Source of the DNA: a virus
Reading direction: 5' to 3' (one strand)
Length of the DNA stretch: 31,873 nucleotides
IMG/VR virus record: IMGVR_UViG_3300045988_079015
Location: 1-31,873 of that record
Below the pieces are notes generated by a model that saw only the letters and a program-made list of their open reading frames with translations, did not search any database and was not told where the DNA came from. The translations under genes and the position numbers were made by a program. Below, piece by piece: positions 1 through 7,442 of the stretch (position 1 is the first letter of the stretch; each line of letters begins with the position of its first letter).

Positions 1-49
1 TAGCCCTCTCACGGCTGAATCAGGGGTTCGACTCCCCTAGGCGATACCA
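1..49 (+). tRNA. 3' portion (anticodon arm to CCA) of tRNA-Glu(CUC); the 5' part lies off-window
   Basis: The anticodon stem is tagcc/ggctg with the 7-nt loop cTCTCAc (U33, anticodon CTC, A37). A 4-nt variable loop follows. The T arm is agggg-TTCGACT-cccct, followed by the acceptor 3' strand aggcgat, discriminator A and CCA. The segment closely resembles the E. coli tRNA-Glu 3' half as I remember it. Confidence 0.6.
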
Positions 50-55
50 ATTATA
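1..55 (+). repeat. attL core, a 55-bp direct repeat identical to 31819..31873
   Basis: By direct comparison, tagccctctcacggctgaatcaggggttcgactcccctaggcgataccaattata occurs at both ends. Confidence 0.9.
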
Positions 56-100
56 AAAAGCCTTGAAAATACTGTATTTATCAGTGTTTCAAGGCTTTTT
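56..100 (+). terminator. Rho-independent terminator directly after the tRNA end, on the phage-side arm
   Basis: The stem aaaagccttgaaa (56-68) pairs with tttcaaggctttt (87-99). An inner actg/cagt pairing extends it, and a T-run follows. Confidence 0.6.
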
Positions 101-133
101 CATTGCCTTATATATGTTCGCATTTTGTCTGAG

Positions 134-163
134 AATCGTTCCCAATCGTTCCCAATCGTTCCC
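134..163. repeat. Three perfect tandem copies of the 10-mer aatcgttccc; candidate arm-type recombinase/Xis binding sites
   Basis: aatcgttccc occurs at 134-143, 144-153 and 154-163, spaced at helical-repeat intervals about 80 bp from the att core. The core CGTTCCC resembles the CGTTACCC motif nearby and at the attR arm. Confidence 0.5.
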
Positions 164-171
164 AAAAGTGG

Positions 172-191
172 GTTACCCTATGCGTTACCCT
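172..191. promoter_or_regulatory. Two direct GTTACCCT copies; candidate integrase arm-type sites
   Basis: gttaccct occurs at 172-179 and 184-191. The 11-mer gttaccctatg (172-182) recurs at 31767-31777 next to attR. Confidence 0.4.
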
Positions 192-202
192 TTTTAAATT
201 AT

Positions 203-233
203 ATAAAAAAAAGAGGTTTTTACTCCTCTTTTT
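203..233 (-). terminator. Rho-independent (bidirectional-looking) terminator ending the cargo cassette
   Basis: The stem aagagg (211-216) pairs with cctctt (225-230). An A-run and a T-run flank it, and it lies just downstream of the stop codon at 245. Confidence 0.6.
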
Positions 234-244
234 CTAAAAAAAAA

Positions 245-652
245 TTATTTTTTTTCAAAATCTGCATTCACTTTAAATTCGAGTAGATTCAAAACGTATT
301 CCGGTGGTAGTCTATGCCCCAATTCCCAACTTTTTATCGTACTTATTGGTATTTCATAAGCTTCTGCAAATTCTTCTTGCGTGTACCCTGTCATTTCGCG
401 GATCTTTTTCATTTTGTGTTTTCCATGCTCTTGGACTTCTACCCCGCCAAATATAGTGTTATATATATCTGCATCTAAATACGATTTAAACCATTGCTTT
501 GCTTCTTCCTGTGTCTGCGGTTCGATTCCCGCACTTTCTGTTGCTTTGAAATATTCACCCGTTTTCTTTTTGAACATATACACCCCCGCATGGCTTCCCA
601 TCATGTGGGCGGTGTCTGTATCATATACTTTGCCTTTTATAATCTTTCTCAT
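245..652 (-). CDS. Two-domain protein with an unknown N-terminal domain and a C-terminal XRE/MqsA-like HTH
   Basis: 135-aa ORF with an ATG start and a GAAGAGGG RBS-like sequence upstream. The C-terminus IREMTGYTQEEFAEAYEIPISTIKSWELGHRLPPEYVLNLL is a typical XRE-type HTH with the W-E-x-G-x-R-x-P signature seen in antitoxin-type regulators. Confidence 0.6.
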   Translation of the reverse strand: MRKIIKGKVYDTDTAHMMGSHAGVYMFKKKTGEYFKATESAGIEPQTQEEAKQWFKSYLDADIYNTIFGGVEVQEHGKHKMKKIREMTGYTQEEFAEAYEIPISTIKSWELGHRLPPEYVLNLLEFKVNADFEKK

Positions 653-673
653 TTTTATTACCCTCTTCAGCTT

Positions 674-1159
674 CTAAAATTCTACTTCATTATATTCATA
701 ACTACCGATTCCATCAAAGACAACTGATGAATCATCAATATCAGTTCTTATGGCAACTCCCTCTTTGCCTTTAATTTTTGTTTGCATGCTTCTAGCCTCT
801 TCAATTGCTTTTTCTTTATCATTTGTTGACAATATTAGCCATTCTTCTGCAAAGCCGTTGTTTTCCGCATCTGATAAATGCCATACTTCATATTTCTTGT
901 GAATGCCGGGAACAATTCCACTAAATTCCTCTGCAAGTTCCATGCAGATTTTATTCCAATCGCTGTGTACATCCCCATCCCAATTGTCCGGCTTGCCGTC
1001 TGCTGTGCTGTAATCGTCTACTTCTATGCATTCAGCATCATTGCCGCTAGTGAATTGATGTGCCCCACGCATTTCATTATAACTGTATTTGTAATCTTCT
1101 AATGCTGCTAGTTTTACCATCTTTTCAAAATCTTCATATACATATTTCTCGTTTATCAT
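674..1159 (-). CDS. Strongly acidic hypothetical protein (161 aa)
   Basis: I placed the start at ATG 1159 (MINEKYVYEDF), which has an AGGAGA RBS 8-10 nt upstream. The longer track ORF (to 1246) lacks an RBS. The protein has a large excess of D/E over K/R. I recognise no family. Confidence 0.6.
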   Translation of the reverse strand: MINEKYVYEDFEKMVKLAALEDYKYSYNEMRGAHQFTSGNDAECIEVDDYSTADGKPDNWDGDVHSDWNKICMELAEEFSGIVPGIHKKYEVWHLSDAENNGFAEEWLILSTNDKEKAIEEARSMQTKIKGKEGVAIRTDIDDSSVVFDGIGSYEYNEVEF

Positions 1160-1200
1160 AGTGTGTTCTCCTTTCATATCGCTATTGTTATATCTACCTT

Positions 1201-1326
1201 TTATTTTACAATTAAGTAAACAATGCATCCAATCAATATTCCCCATACGATACCACCAATAATTTTTTCTTTTGTGGTTGTTTTTCTTATTGCTACTGCA
1301 ATTTTAATTTTTTTCTTGTCTTTCAT
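1201..1326 (-). CDS. Possible 41-aa small membrane peptide (below the ORF-track cutoff)
   Basis: Hand translation gives MKDKKKIKIAVAIRKTTTKEKIIGGIVWGILIGCIVYLIVK, a basic N-terminus followed by one 19-residue hydrophobic helix. No clear SD sequence is present, so the call is tentative. Confidence 0.3.
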   Translation of the reverse strand: MKDKKKIKIAVAIRKTTTKEKIIGGIVWGILIGCIVYLIVK

Positions 1327-1345
1327 ATTTTATTATGGTATGATT

Positions 1346-1374
1346 TCCATAGAGGAGCTTACGCTCTCTCTATG
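1346..1374 (-). other. Strong RNA hairpin (12 bp with one bulge, GUAA tetraloop on the minus transcript) overlapping the stop of the 29-aa ORF
   Basis: The minus strand reads ccatagagagagc-gtaa-gctcctctatgg. No T-run follows, so it is not a classical terminator. Confidence 0.5.
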
Positions 1375-1448
1375 GTGATTTGGAAGGTGAAGATGATGAA
1401 ATTTAACTTTATTGTTAGTTTCTTTATCTTCATTTTTTTCTTTTTCAT
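1359..1448 (-). CDS. Possible 29-aa Lys-rich leader or small peptide
   Basis: Hand translation gives MKKKKMKIKKLTIKLNFIIFTFQITIERA. The ATG at 1448 is preceded by AAAGGAGGT at ideal spacing and by a consensus promoter. Confidence 0.4.
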   Translation of the reverse strand: MKKKKMKIKKLTIKLNFIIFTFQITIERA

Positions 1449-1470
1449 ACCTTACCTCCTTTCTATATTT

Positions 1471-1499
1471 ATTATAGTTTGCATTGTGTACTTTGTCAA
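1471..1499 (-). promoter_or_regulatory. Consensus sigma-A promoter driving the cargo cassette
   Basis: On the minus strand, TTGACA (1499-1494) is followed by a 17-nt spacer and TATAAT (1476-1471). It lies immediately downstream of the endolysin terminator. Confidence 0.65.
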
Positions 1500-1530
1500 G
1501 CCTTTTTATTAACTTTTTTTTATTTTTTTT

Positions 1531-1562
1531 CAATAAAAATAAGGGGGCAATGTCGCCCCCTT
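1531..1562 (-). terminator. Rho-independent terminator after the endolysin gene
   Basis: The GC-rich stem aagggggc (1541-1548) pairs with gccccctt (1555-1562). ATTTTTAT follows on the minus strand. Confidence 0.7.
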
Positions 1563-1567
1563 AGTCC

Positions 1568-3010
1568 TTAATTGAATATATCTGCTAATGTTTCATCCGT
1601 GATATTCCCTATCGCATACGCGGTTTTGATTCCATTCTTCTTGATATAGCTTTTTGCGGCTTCATTTGTTCGCTCGCTTAATAGCAGAATTGGGTATTCT
1701 CCAATATTACTTGCTGCGATTGCATCAGCCCACGCATTAACTAAAATTACGGCTTCCGCATTTGGATATAAGCATTCAGCAAGCATTGCTGATGTTTCGT
1801 ATCTGTCCCCGCCATCAATCCTTGTTACTTGGCTGATGTCTGCAATCTGCTTGCTTACTATCTGCGATACAGCACTTGTGCCACCTATGATGATGTATTC
1901 CGTATCGTCTGATAGTTTCTCTAAAAATGCTGCTTGCTTTACTGATATATAATCACTTACAAGCATTACAGGAAGCCCCGCTGTTGTAGTTGAGATTCCG
2001 TCTGCCCAATCTTTGCCACTTGTAATTATTATTTTCTTTATGTCCTTGCTGCATTCCTTCAGTATAGCTAGATTCGTATCATATCTATTTGCGCCACTTA
2101 TGGATCTAATGCCGGTTCCTTTCACTTTTATATCTCCGCCTATGGTGTATGTATCTAGCCCGTTTATTTCCTTGCATTTATCAAAAACAATATTCGCTTT
2201 TTTAATCTTTGCAAGATAGCAAGCTGAGATTCCATCTGCATATGATTCCCCATGTACTACAACTTTATTTGCTTTGATATGATCATCAACTATTAAATCT
2301 GCTGTTTTGTACCTGTCTGCGCCATTGTACCTTTTGATTGTTATATCGTCCGGGATAGTTTGTTTACTAATCTTAGTAGTCGCTCCCTCTTTCTGTGCGT
2401 ATGCGTACCATGTCACAGCATCGCCAAAAAATACATTAAGATCCAAATTGCCATTCCATCCCGCAAGCCTTCCTTGCGAGCAATACTGATACATTGCGAT
2501 AAAAGGGAAGCTATGGGAATTTGGTACAGGTGTATTGGGTTCATAGCCCTTTGGGGTATTGCTCCCGTATCTTGCAAGCCACAAACCATAGTTTCCATTT
2601 GCTACTAAACTAAAATCTTGAGATTCTAGCACGCCCAAATATGTATAAAATAAAGGTCTAACCCCTGTTAGTCTATATACCTCATCGAGCCATTCGCGCG
2701 CCCATTCTTGCCCTAGCCATGTATCTGTTTCAAAGTCAAGTACAGGGATTGTTGTGCCGTCAAAATAAGCGCCACAATTTGCAACAAACCATCTAGCCTC
2801 TTCAGTGCCTGTGCCACCGCAGCCCGCTTCACGCGCAAAGTGATATACCCCTGTTAGCTTGCCTAATGCCTTTGCTTGCTGCATAAAGCCATCGCAAGTA
2901 GGTGATACATAGCTTGTGCCGCCTGTGCCTTTGATGATTACAAAGTCACAAGGTACTTTTGATAGATCTAACCCTTCTTGCCATCCCGATATATCTATGC
3001 CATTTAACAT
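1568..3010 (-). CDS. Endolysin: GH25 muramidase plus three CWB2 cell-wall-binding repeats
   Basis: I placed the start at ATG 3010 (MLNGIDISGWQ), which has a GGAGGG RBS. The GH25 signatures DISGWQ and GVYHFAR are present. The C-terminal repeats contain GADRYKTA, GANRYDTN and GGDRYETS, typical of cell wall binding repeat 2. Confidence 0.85.
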   Translation of the reverse strand: MLNGIDISGWQEGLDLSKVPCDFVIIKGTGGTSYVSPTCDGFMQQAKALGKLTGVYHFAREAGCGGTGTEEARWFVANCGAYFDGTTIPVLDFETDTWLGQEWAREWLDEVYRLTGVRPLFYTYLGVLESQDFSLVANGNYGLWLARYGSNTPKGYEPNTPVPNSHSFPFIAMYQYCSQGRLAGWNGNLDLNVFFGDAVTWYAYAQKEGATTKISKQTIPDDITIKRYNGADRYKTADLIVDDHIKANKVVVHGESYADGISACYLAKIKKANIVFDKCKEINGLDTYTIGGDIKVKGTGIRSISGANRYDTNLAILKECSKDIKKIIITSGKDWADGISTTTAGLPVMLVSDYISVKQAAFLEKLSDDTEYIIIGGTSAVSQIVSKQIADISQVTRIDGGDRYETSAMLAECLYPNAEAVILVNAWADAIAASNIGEYPILLLSERTNEAAKSYIKKNGIKTAYAIGNITDETLADIFN

Positions 3011-3012
3011 GA

Positions 3013-3228
3013 TTAGCCCTCCTCGTTTTCCTTCTCTTCTGGAAGCCCATATACGCTTGTTGCAAGTGATATTAAACCCGCAAGTATTGCTGTGCTTGCG
3101 AGTACCTTCCAATTTACATCACCTAATGTGCTTGCAATTGTAAGCTGTGCGAGTGCTGCCTGTGCAACTGTCTTAACGGCTCTAGTGCAAGCCTTCTTTG
3201 TCCAATCCTTCCAATCTCTGTTTTTCAT
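3013..3228 (-). CDS. Holin (71 aa, two predicted TM helices, charged C-terminus)
   Basis: It lies directly upstream of the endolysin and has an AAAGGAG RBS. Hydrophobic stretches VAQAALAQLTIASTL and VLASTAILAGLISLATSVYGL are followed by the acidic tail EEKENEEG. Confidence 0.75.
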   Translation of the reverse strand: MKNRDWKDWTKKACTRAVKTVAQAALAQLTIASTLGDVNWKVLASTAILAGLISLATSVYGLPEEKENEEG

Positions 3229-3251
3229 AATAAATACTCCTTTTAAAATTA

Positions 3252-3277
3252 CTAAAAAAGGCGGTATGTTACCGCCA
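3252..3277 (-). terminator. Hairpin plus T-run between the xhlA-like gene and the holin
   Basis: The minus strand reads ggcggta-aca-taccgcc followed by tttttt, just upstream of the holin RBS. Confidence 0.5.
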
Positions 3278-3285
3278 TAACTAAA

Positions 3286-3615
3286 CTAATTTAATAAATG
3301 CTGTATAACTATTGTTCCTACCGAACCAACAAATAAAGTTATAATCGCTTGTATCGTTGCATTCCATCGCAGCTTTGGTATGTCCTCTAGTGCTGTTAAT
3401 CGTTCCCCTTGATTCTTGAGTTCTGTTTGAAAATTTTCTAAATGAACTACCATTGTTGCGATATTCTTGCCCATTTCCTGTATCGCTTCGTGAGTTTTTT
3501 CTAAATATTCAACGCGCCTATTTAAATCAATCACTGCTTGCGTATTCGCGTTGAGCTGCACTATGTCCTTTTCGCGTGTTTGATAGCACTGCGCCTTTGA
3601 TACGTACTCTTCCAT
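3286..3615 (-). CDS. xhlA: XhlA-like haemolysin/lysis accessory protein (coiled coil plus C-terminal TM)
   Basis: 109 aa with a coiled-coil body and the C-terminal helix TIQAIITLFVGSVGTIVIQHLL. Its position immediately before the holin and endolysin matches PBSX-type lysis cassettes. Confidence 0.6.
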   Translation of the reverse strand: MEEYVSKAQCYQTREKDIVQLNANTQAVIDLNRRVEYLEKTHEAIQEMGKNIATMVVHLENFQTELKNQGERLTALEDIPKLRWNATIQAIITLFVGSVGTIVIQHLLN

Positions 3616-3618
3616 CCT

Positions 3619-3903
3619 TTACCCCTTCTGTTTTAGTTCTCTTAATCGCATTATTTCATTAAGCTTGCTGCGGGCAAATTCGCAAGCTTTCAATAAATCT
3701 TCGTCTTTATCGTCTAGCTTGTCATCGTATAGTGTTTGGGTGCATAAAATGCGCATCACTTCAGTTGTTGTGATGTCTAAAAATCTTTGATAGTAAAACT
3801 CGGCTTCCGCTTCTTTTGTTATGCCGAAAGCTTTTGCATGCTCACGTATTGTTAGCCCGTCTAGTTTTTCTTTTATTACATCTGCTGCCTTCATCATTTC
3901 CAT
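3619..3903 (-). CDS. Hypothetical phage protein (94 aa)
   Basis: The ORF fills the gap between the fibre gene and the lysis cassette, and its start overlaps the stop of the upstream gene. Confidence 0.5.
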   Translation of the reverse strand: MEMMKAADVIKEKLDGLTIREHAKAFGITKEAEAEFYYQRFLDITTTEVMRILCTQTLYDDKLDDKDEDLLKACEFARSKLNEIMRLRELKQKG

Positions 3904-5630
3904 TGCCCCCTTATTTCAAAATGTGCGTTTATTTCTTCTTTAAGAGTTATGTTTCTCGTTGAGTAAATATGCACTTCAAAATTATTTGCATCTGTTTTTT
4001 GAGCAAAGTCATTTGTTGACAATAAGAAGCCATTGTATGCGCCTTGTACTAGCGCAACTGTTAAGATTTTGAATTTGATAGGCAGTTTAACAAATATAAC
4101 CTTTCGCCACCACCATGATGATATTGCCGTTGAGTTCCCCGCGGGAAATATGATTTTACCATTGCCCCACGCATGCAAATCACCACTTGCGTACTTGCAT
4201 ACAGTCCAATTAATGTTGTTATCATCTGATTTTATTTCTTCCCTTGATATAATAAAATCTGATATTTGATTGCCTTGTATGCTAACACCTTGCCTAAATT
4301 CCGTTTTTAAATTAACATCAAGCAGTCCTTCGGTTTCCGATACCTTGCCAATTGCCATGCCGCGCCCGGATGTGTGGAAGTCCATTAGTGTAAAGCCGGT
4401 TGCTATTAATTGTGTAAATAAGGAATGCGCAAAATCATCTGCTAGCTTCAGTGTTATTTCGTATGCATAATCACTTGAGCAAGGCATTATGATGCTATCG
4501 CTTACCTTGTATGCGTTCAGCTTTATGCTGCGTTGTTCCCCATTTGTCAGCCCTTGCCTCTTCAGTGTTGCCGTTAATTCCCTTTTGTTGTTGTGATTTA
4601 AACTTGATACATCAATATCAAAAGTTATTTTTACAAAATCACCGTTGCCATCTTCTAAACCATTTGCTCTGCATCGCTCTATCTTTGCTGCATGTATAGT
4701 TGGAATGTGCCATTCAAGGGCTTCAAGCTTTTTTGTGGTGATTGTCTGCCCTTGCCTTGAATCAATTACTTTGCCTATGATGTTATGTTCGGTATTTGTG
4801 ATGCTAATAGTTTGGCTTCCTGTTGAATATGTCAAATCATCCGCTGTTATGCTTTGTGATAGCAAGCTTGCGTTATACTTAAATGTATTATTTAAAGTTA
4901 TTTTAGCCTTTGATTGATACTGCACAAAACCGCCATATTTTGCAAAGTTTTCTGTTTCGTCCTCAAGCTTAATTTCACAATTCGGCAGCATATCCGGTGT
5001 AGGTTTTACATTGACAAGTGGCGCATCAACTCTGCCTAATGAATTTGCGCCATTGAACGTAAATGCTCTTATAAGCAATTTGATATTTGAATTTGGGAAG
5101 TAACTCTTCCAACTCTCCGGCAATGTCCACGTCATTCGATCTTCTACATTCTCGCCAATCTTGGTGTATGTGTTTGGATCGTTATTTACCATCGCATACA
5201 ATTCATGCTTGAATGTGTTTACTTTTCTATTTGTAAAGATTTCAATTTCTTCTCCAAATATTATTTCTTGCTTTGATGTTGTAGGCCAGGAGGCTCGCGG
5301 TATTTCATTTAAATATGTATAGTCGGATGTTGTGAACGTTCCAACGATTTTAGAATCAAAGTATGCTGATGCTGTCAATCGTTTTGTGCCGTTTGGCTCG
5401 TGGTCTATCCATACACTTACACTGTGGATCACTTGGGAAGAACCGCGTACATAATACCGGGTGGAAAATGGATAATTTTGCCCATTGACTGTAAGTACTC
5501 CGGTGCCGTTGGAATGCTCGGCATAATATCCCGCTGTTGCGTTCATGCTTAGATACACATTAACATATGTGCGGTTATTTATTTTGTCTTGCTGTCCGGG
5601 TGAAAATCTTATGCTAATATAATATCCCAT
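3894..5630 (-). CDS. Tail fibre / receptor-binding protein (DUF859-like N-terminus)
   Basis: 578 aa and the last gene of the tail module after Tal. The N-terminus resembles the siphovirus DUF859 family as I remember it. Confidence 0.55.
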   Translation of the reverse strand: MGYYISIRFSPGQQDKINNRTYVNVYLSMNATAGYYAEHSNGTGVLTVNGQNYPFSTRYYVRGSSQVIHSVSVWIDHEPNGTKRLTASAYFDSKIVGTFTTSDYTYLNEIPRASWPTTSKQEIIFGEEIEIFTNRKVNTFKHELYAMVNNDPNTYTKIGENVEDRMTWTLPESWKSYFPNSNIKLLIRAFTFNGANSLGRVDAPLVNVKPTPDMLPNCEIKLEDETENFAKYGGFVQYQSKAKITLNNTFKYNASLLSQSITADDLTYSTGSQTISITNTEHNIIGKVIDSRQGQTITTKKLEALEWHIPTIHAAKIERCRANGLEDGNGDFVKITFDIDVSSLNHNNKRELTATLKRQGLTNGEQRSIKLNAYKVSDSIIMPCSSDYAYEITLKLADDFAHSLFTQLIATGFTLMDFHTSGRGMAIGKVSETEGLLDVNLKTEFRQGVSIQGNQISDFIISREEIKSDDNNINWTVCKYASGDLHAWGNGKIIFPAGNSTAISSWWWRKVIFVKLPIKFKILTVALVQGAYNGFLLSTNDFAQKTDANNFEVHIYSTRNITLKEEINAHFEIRGQWK

Positions 5631-7442
5631 TTAATTAACCACCTTTACAAATGATAGATTGCCGTTTTTTCGTGGAATAAAAGCAAAGCGGCCTAGTTTC
5701 AAGCTGTTTAAAAATTCGCCATCGACTGCATAAAAGTTTCTATTCTTCCAATATGCCACTTCTGCGCCATTGTCCAAAAAGCTTATTTTGTCATTGTCTA
5801 TTTTGATACAAATATTGCTTTGTGCAGTTCCTACTTCGCCAATCGTTACCCCATCTTCGCCAAAATGGAGATACTTCTTGATTTTTAAAAATTCTGCTGC
5901 CGTTCCGCTTTGGATTGCGGATATATCTTGAATAAAGCGATTGTATGCAATTTCAAATTCATCTTTTGATGTAAACTTTGATATGCCCTCTTCACTGATA
6001 AGCGCTTTTGATTCATCTTTCGTGTAATAGCTTTCTTTTAATGTGTCACGTATTCCGCCCGCAGTTTCTTCAATTTTGCGTTCATATTCGCTTTTTACAA
6101 TATTAAAGCTATCGTTCAGCTTCGATTCTAAATCAGCTTTAACAATCTTGTCTTTGTTGTCTATGATTTCTGCAAGCTTCTTGCGCTCCTGTTCAAGCTG
6201 CTTTTCAATTTCTGCTTTCTGTGTGTCTGTTAAGTTATCTTTGTTTTGTTCAAGTTCGCTTATTTTGTCGCTTACCTCTTTTACCTTTTCCGCAAAGCTT
6301 TGCGTTTTAGTCGTGATTTTCTTAACATCGCTTTTAGTCCCATTTACGATAGATTCCACTGTATCTATCTTTGCATCTTTGTTTACTTGATATTCCGTTA
6401 AAGTAGCGGTTTTGCTTCCAATCTGCAAATTATTTTCTGCCGGATTGAGCAAGTTAAGATGTAAGCTGTTAATCAAATATATGTCGTTGATTCCGTGATA
6501 TGGTGATATGATTTTGATTTTGTCACCCACCCTGTAACTTTTATATTTTGAATCGAGTGGTGCTAGATCTGCTGCGGATATTTCAAGATTTACTCCCAAT
6601 TTAACCCATTCAGCAAGCCGTTGTTTGGCTTTTATTAGCAAATTGCTTGGAAATGTCACATCGTCCCATGTTTCAGTCCTCACGATAAGCCCGTATTTGT
6701 TTACTTCCTCTTCATCCGCAATGTATTTCTTGCCTGTGATTTCTTCAATCGTTATTCGCTTGTCTGTGTCCTTATCCTCTGCGCCTAGCGGCAATATAGC
6801 TGTTGCAATATCTGCTCCCGCAATCGTTCTTTTTATGTCTGTTAAATTTAAGCCAAATTGCACGTTTTGATTCCCTAGTTTGTCAATATCCTTTAGGTAG
6901 TCAATATATGCGCCATCCTCTTCATGCCTTATGACAATATAACCGCCTAACATATCTACTAGCTTTTGCCTAATCATTGTTAGGCTATCTAAATAATCTT
7001 TAGATTCTCTTACTATTAGATTATTTGGATCTGTTACTGTTACTACCCCTAGTTTAAATCTTTTGTGTGCATCTACTTGTTTGTTGTGCGCTGCGATTAT
7101 GCCATTTAAAAATACGGGTATATCCCCTTTAAATTCAAAAGGATCTTGAATGGAATCTTTAAAATAAGATAGTTCGCCTTCGCAATAGATTCTTTTGTTG
7201 TTATAAAAATCAAATTCAAAATCTAAAACGCGGCCTTGGAAGATTAAATCATTATTATCATAAAGCTTTATAACTTGCTTTAATCTTTCTATTCGATCTA
7301 TGTATTTATGACTTGCGGGAAGTGTGATTGTTAAGCTTCCCGCCTTGTTTAGTTCAAAATCTGCATTACCGCTTAGAATTTGCAGTGCGGGGTTGCTTGC
7401 ATCATATATAGTTAGGTTGTTATACTCAATTCTATACATCAT
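5631..7442 (-). CDS. Tail-associated lysin-like / baseplate protein (prophage endopeptidase tail family, Tal)
   Basis: 603 aa, positioned after Dit. The N-terminus is typical of the phage minor structural protein N-terminal region, and a central coiled coil is present. Confidence 0.7.
   Translation of the reverse strand: MMYRIEYNNLTIYDASNPALQILSGNADFELNKAGSLTITLPASHKYIDRIERLKQVIKLYDNNDLIFQGRVLDFEFDFYNNKRIYCEGELSYFKDSIQDPFEFKGDIPVFLNGIIAAHNKQVDAHKRFKLGVVTVTDPNNLIVRESKDYLDSLTMIRQKLVDMLGGYIVIRHEEDGAYIDYLKDIDKLGNQNVQFGLNLTDIKRTIAGADIATAILPLGAEDKDTDKRITIEEITGKKYIADEEEVNKYGLIVRTETWDDVTFPSNLLIKAKQRLAEWVKLGVNLEISAADLAPLDSKYKSYRVGDKIKIISPYHGINDIYLINSLHLNLLNPAENNLQIGSKTATLTEYQVNKDAKIDTVESIVNGTKSDVKKITTKTQSFAEKVKEVSDKISELEQNKDNLTDTQKAEIEKQLEQERKKLAEIIDNKDKIVKADLESKLNDSFNIVKSEYERKIEETAGGIRDTLKESYYTKDESKALISEEGISKFTSKDEFEIAYNRFIQDISAIQSGTAAEFLKIKKYLHFGEDGVTIGEVGTAQSNICIKIDNDKISFLDNGAEVAYWKNRNFYAVDGEFLNSLKLGRFAFIPRKNGNLSFVKVVN

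Noticed and set aside
1-55. Reading the att core as a class II (long variable arm) tRNA or a tmRNA 3' end
   Set aside because: The agcc/ggct stem with the 7-nt loop cTCTCAc fits an anticodon arm (U33, A37), not a variable arm. The 3' end AGGCGAT-A-CCA does not match the tmRNA alanine-type acceptor. The overall similarity to the tRNA-Glu 3' half is much better.
134-163. Tandem 10-mers as a possible CRISPR or minisatellite
   Set aside because: There are only three contiguous copies with no spacers. Their position in an att arm and their similarity to the CGTTACC motifs make recombinase binding sites the simpler reading.
1333-1533. 66-aa Lys-rich ORF from the track (TTG start)
   Set aside because: It starts inside the T-tract of the endolysin terminator. 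It also reads straight through a consensus promoter and the strong RBS that serve a different frame. Its composition reflects AT-rich low-complexity DNA. The 29-aa ORF with the proper RBS is the better candidate.
3011-3112. N-terminal extensions of track ORFs (endolysin to 3112, TMP to 11625, protease to 16292, TerS to 19483, SLT to 28903, acidic protein to 1246)
   Set aside because: The extended starts are mostly TTG or lack an SD sequence, and they overlap upstream genes. In each case an internal ATG with a strong AGGAGG-like RBS gives a product that begins at the conserved domain.
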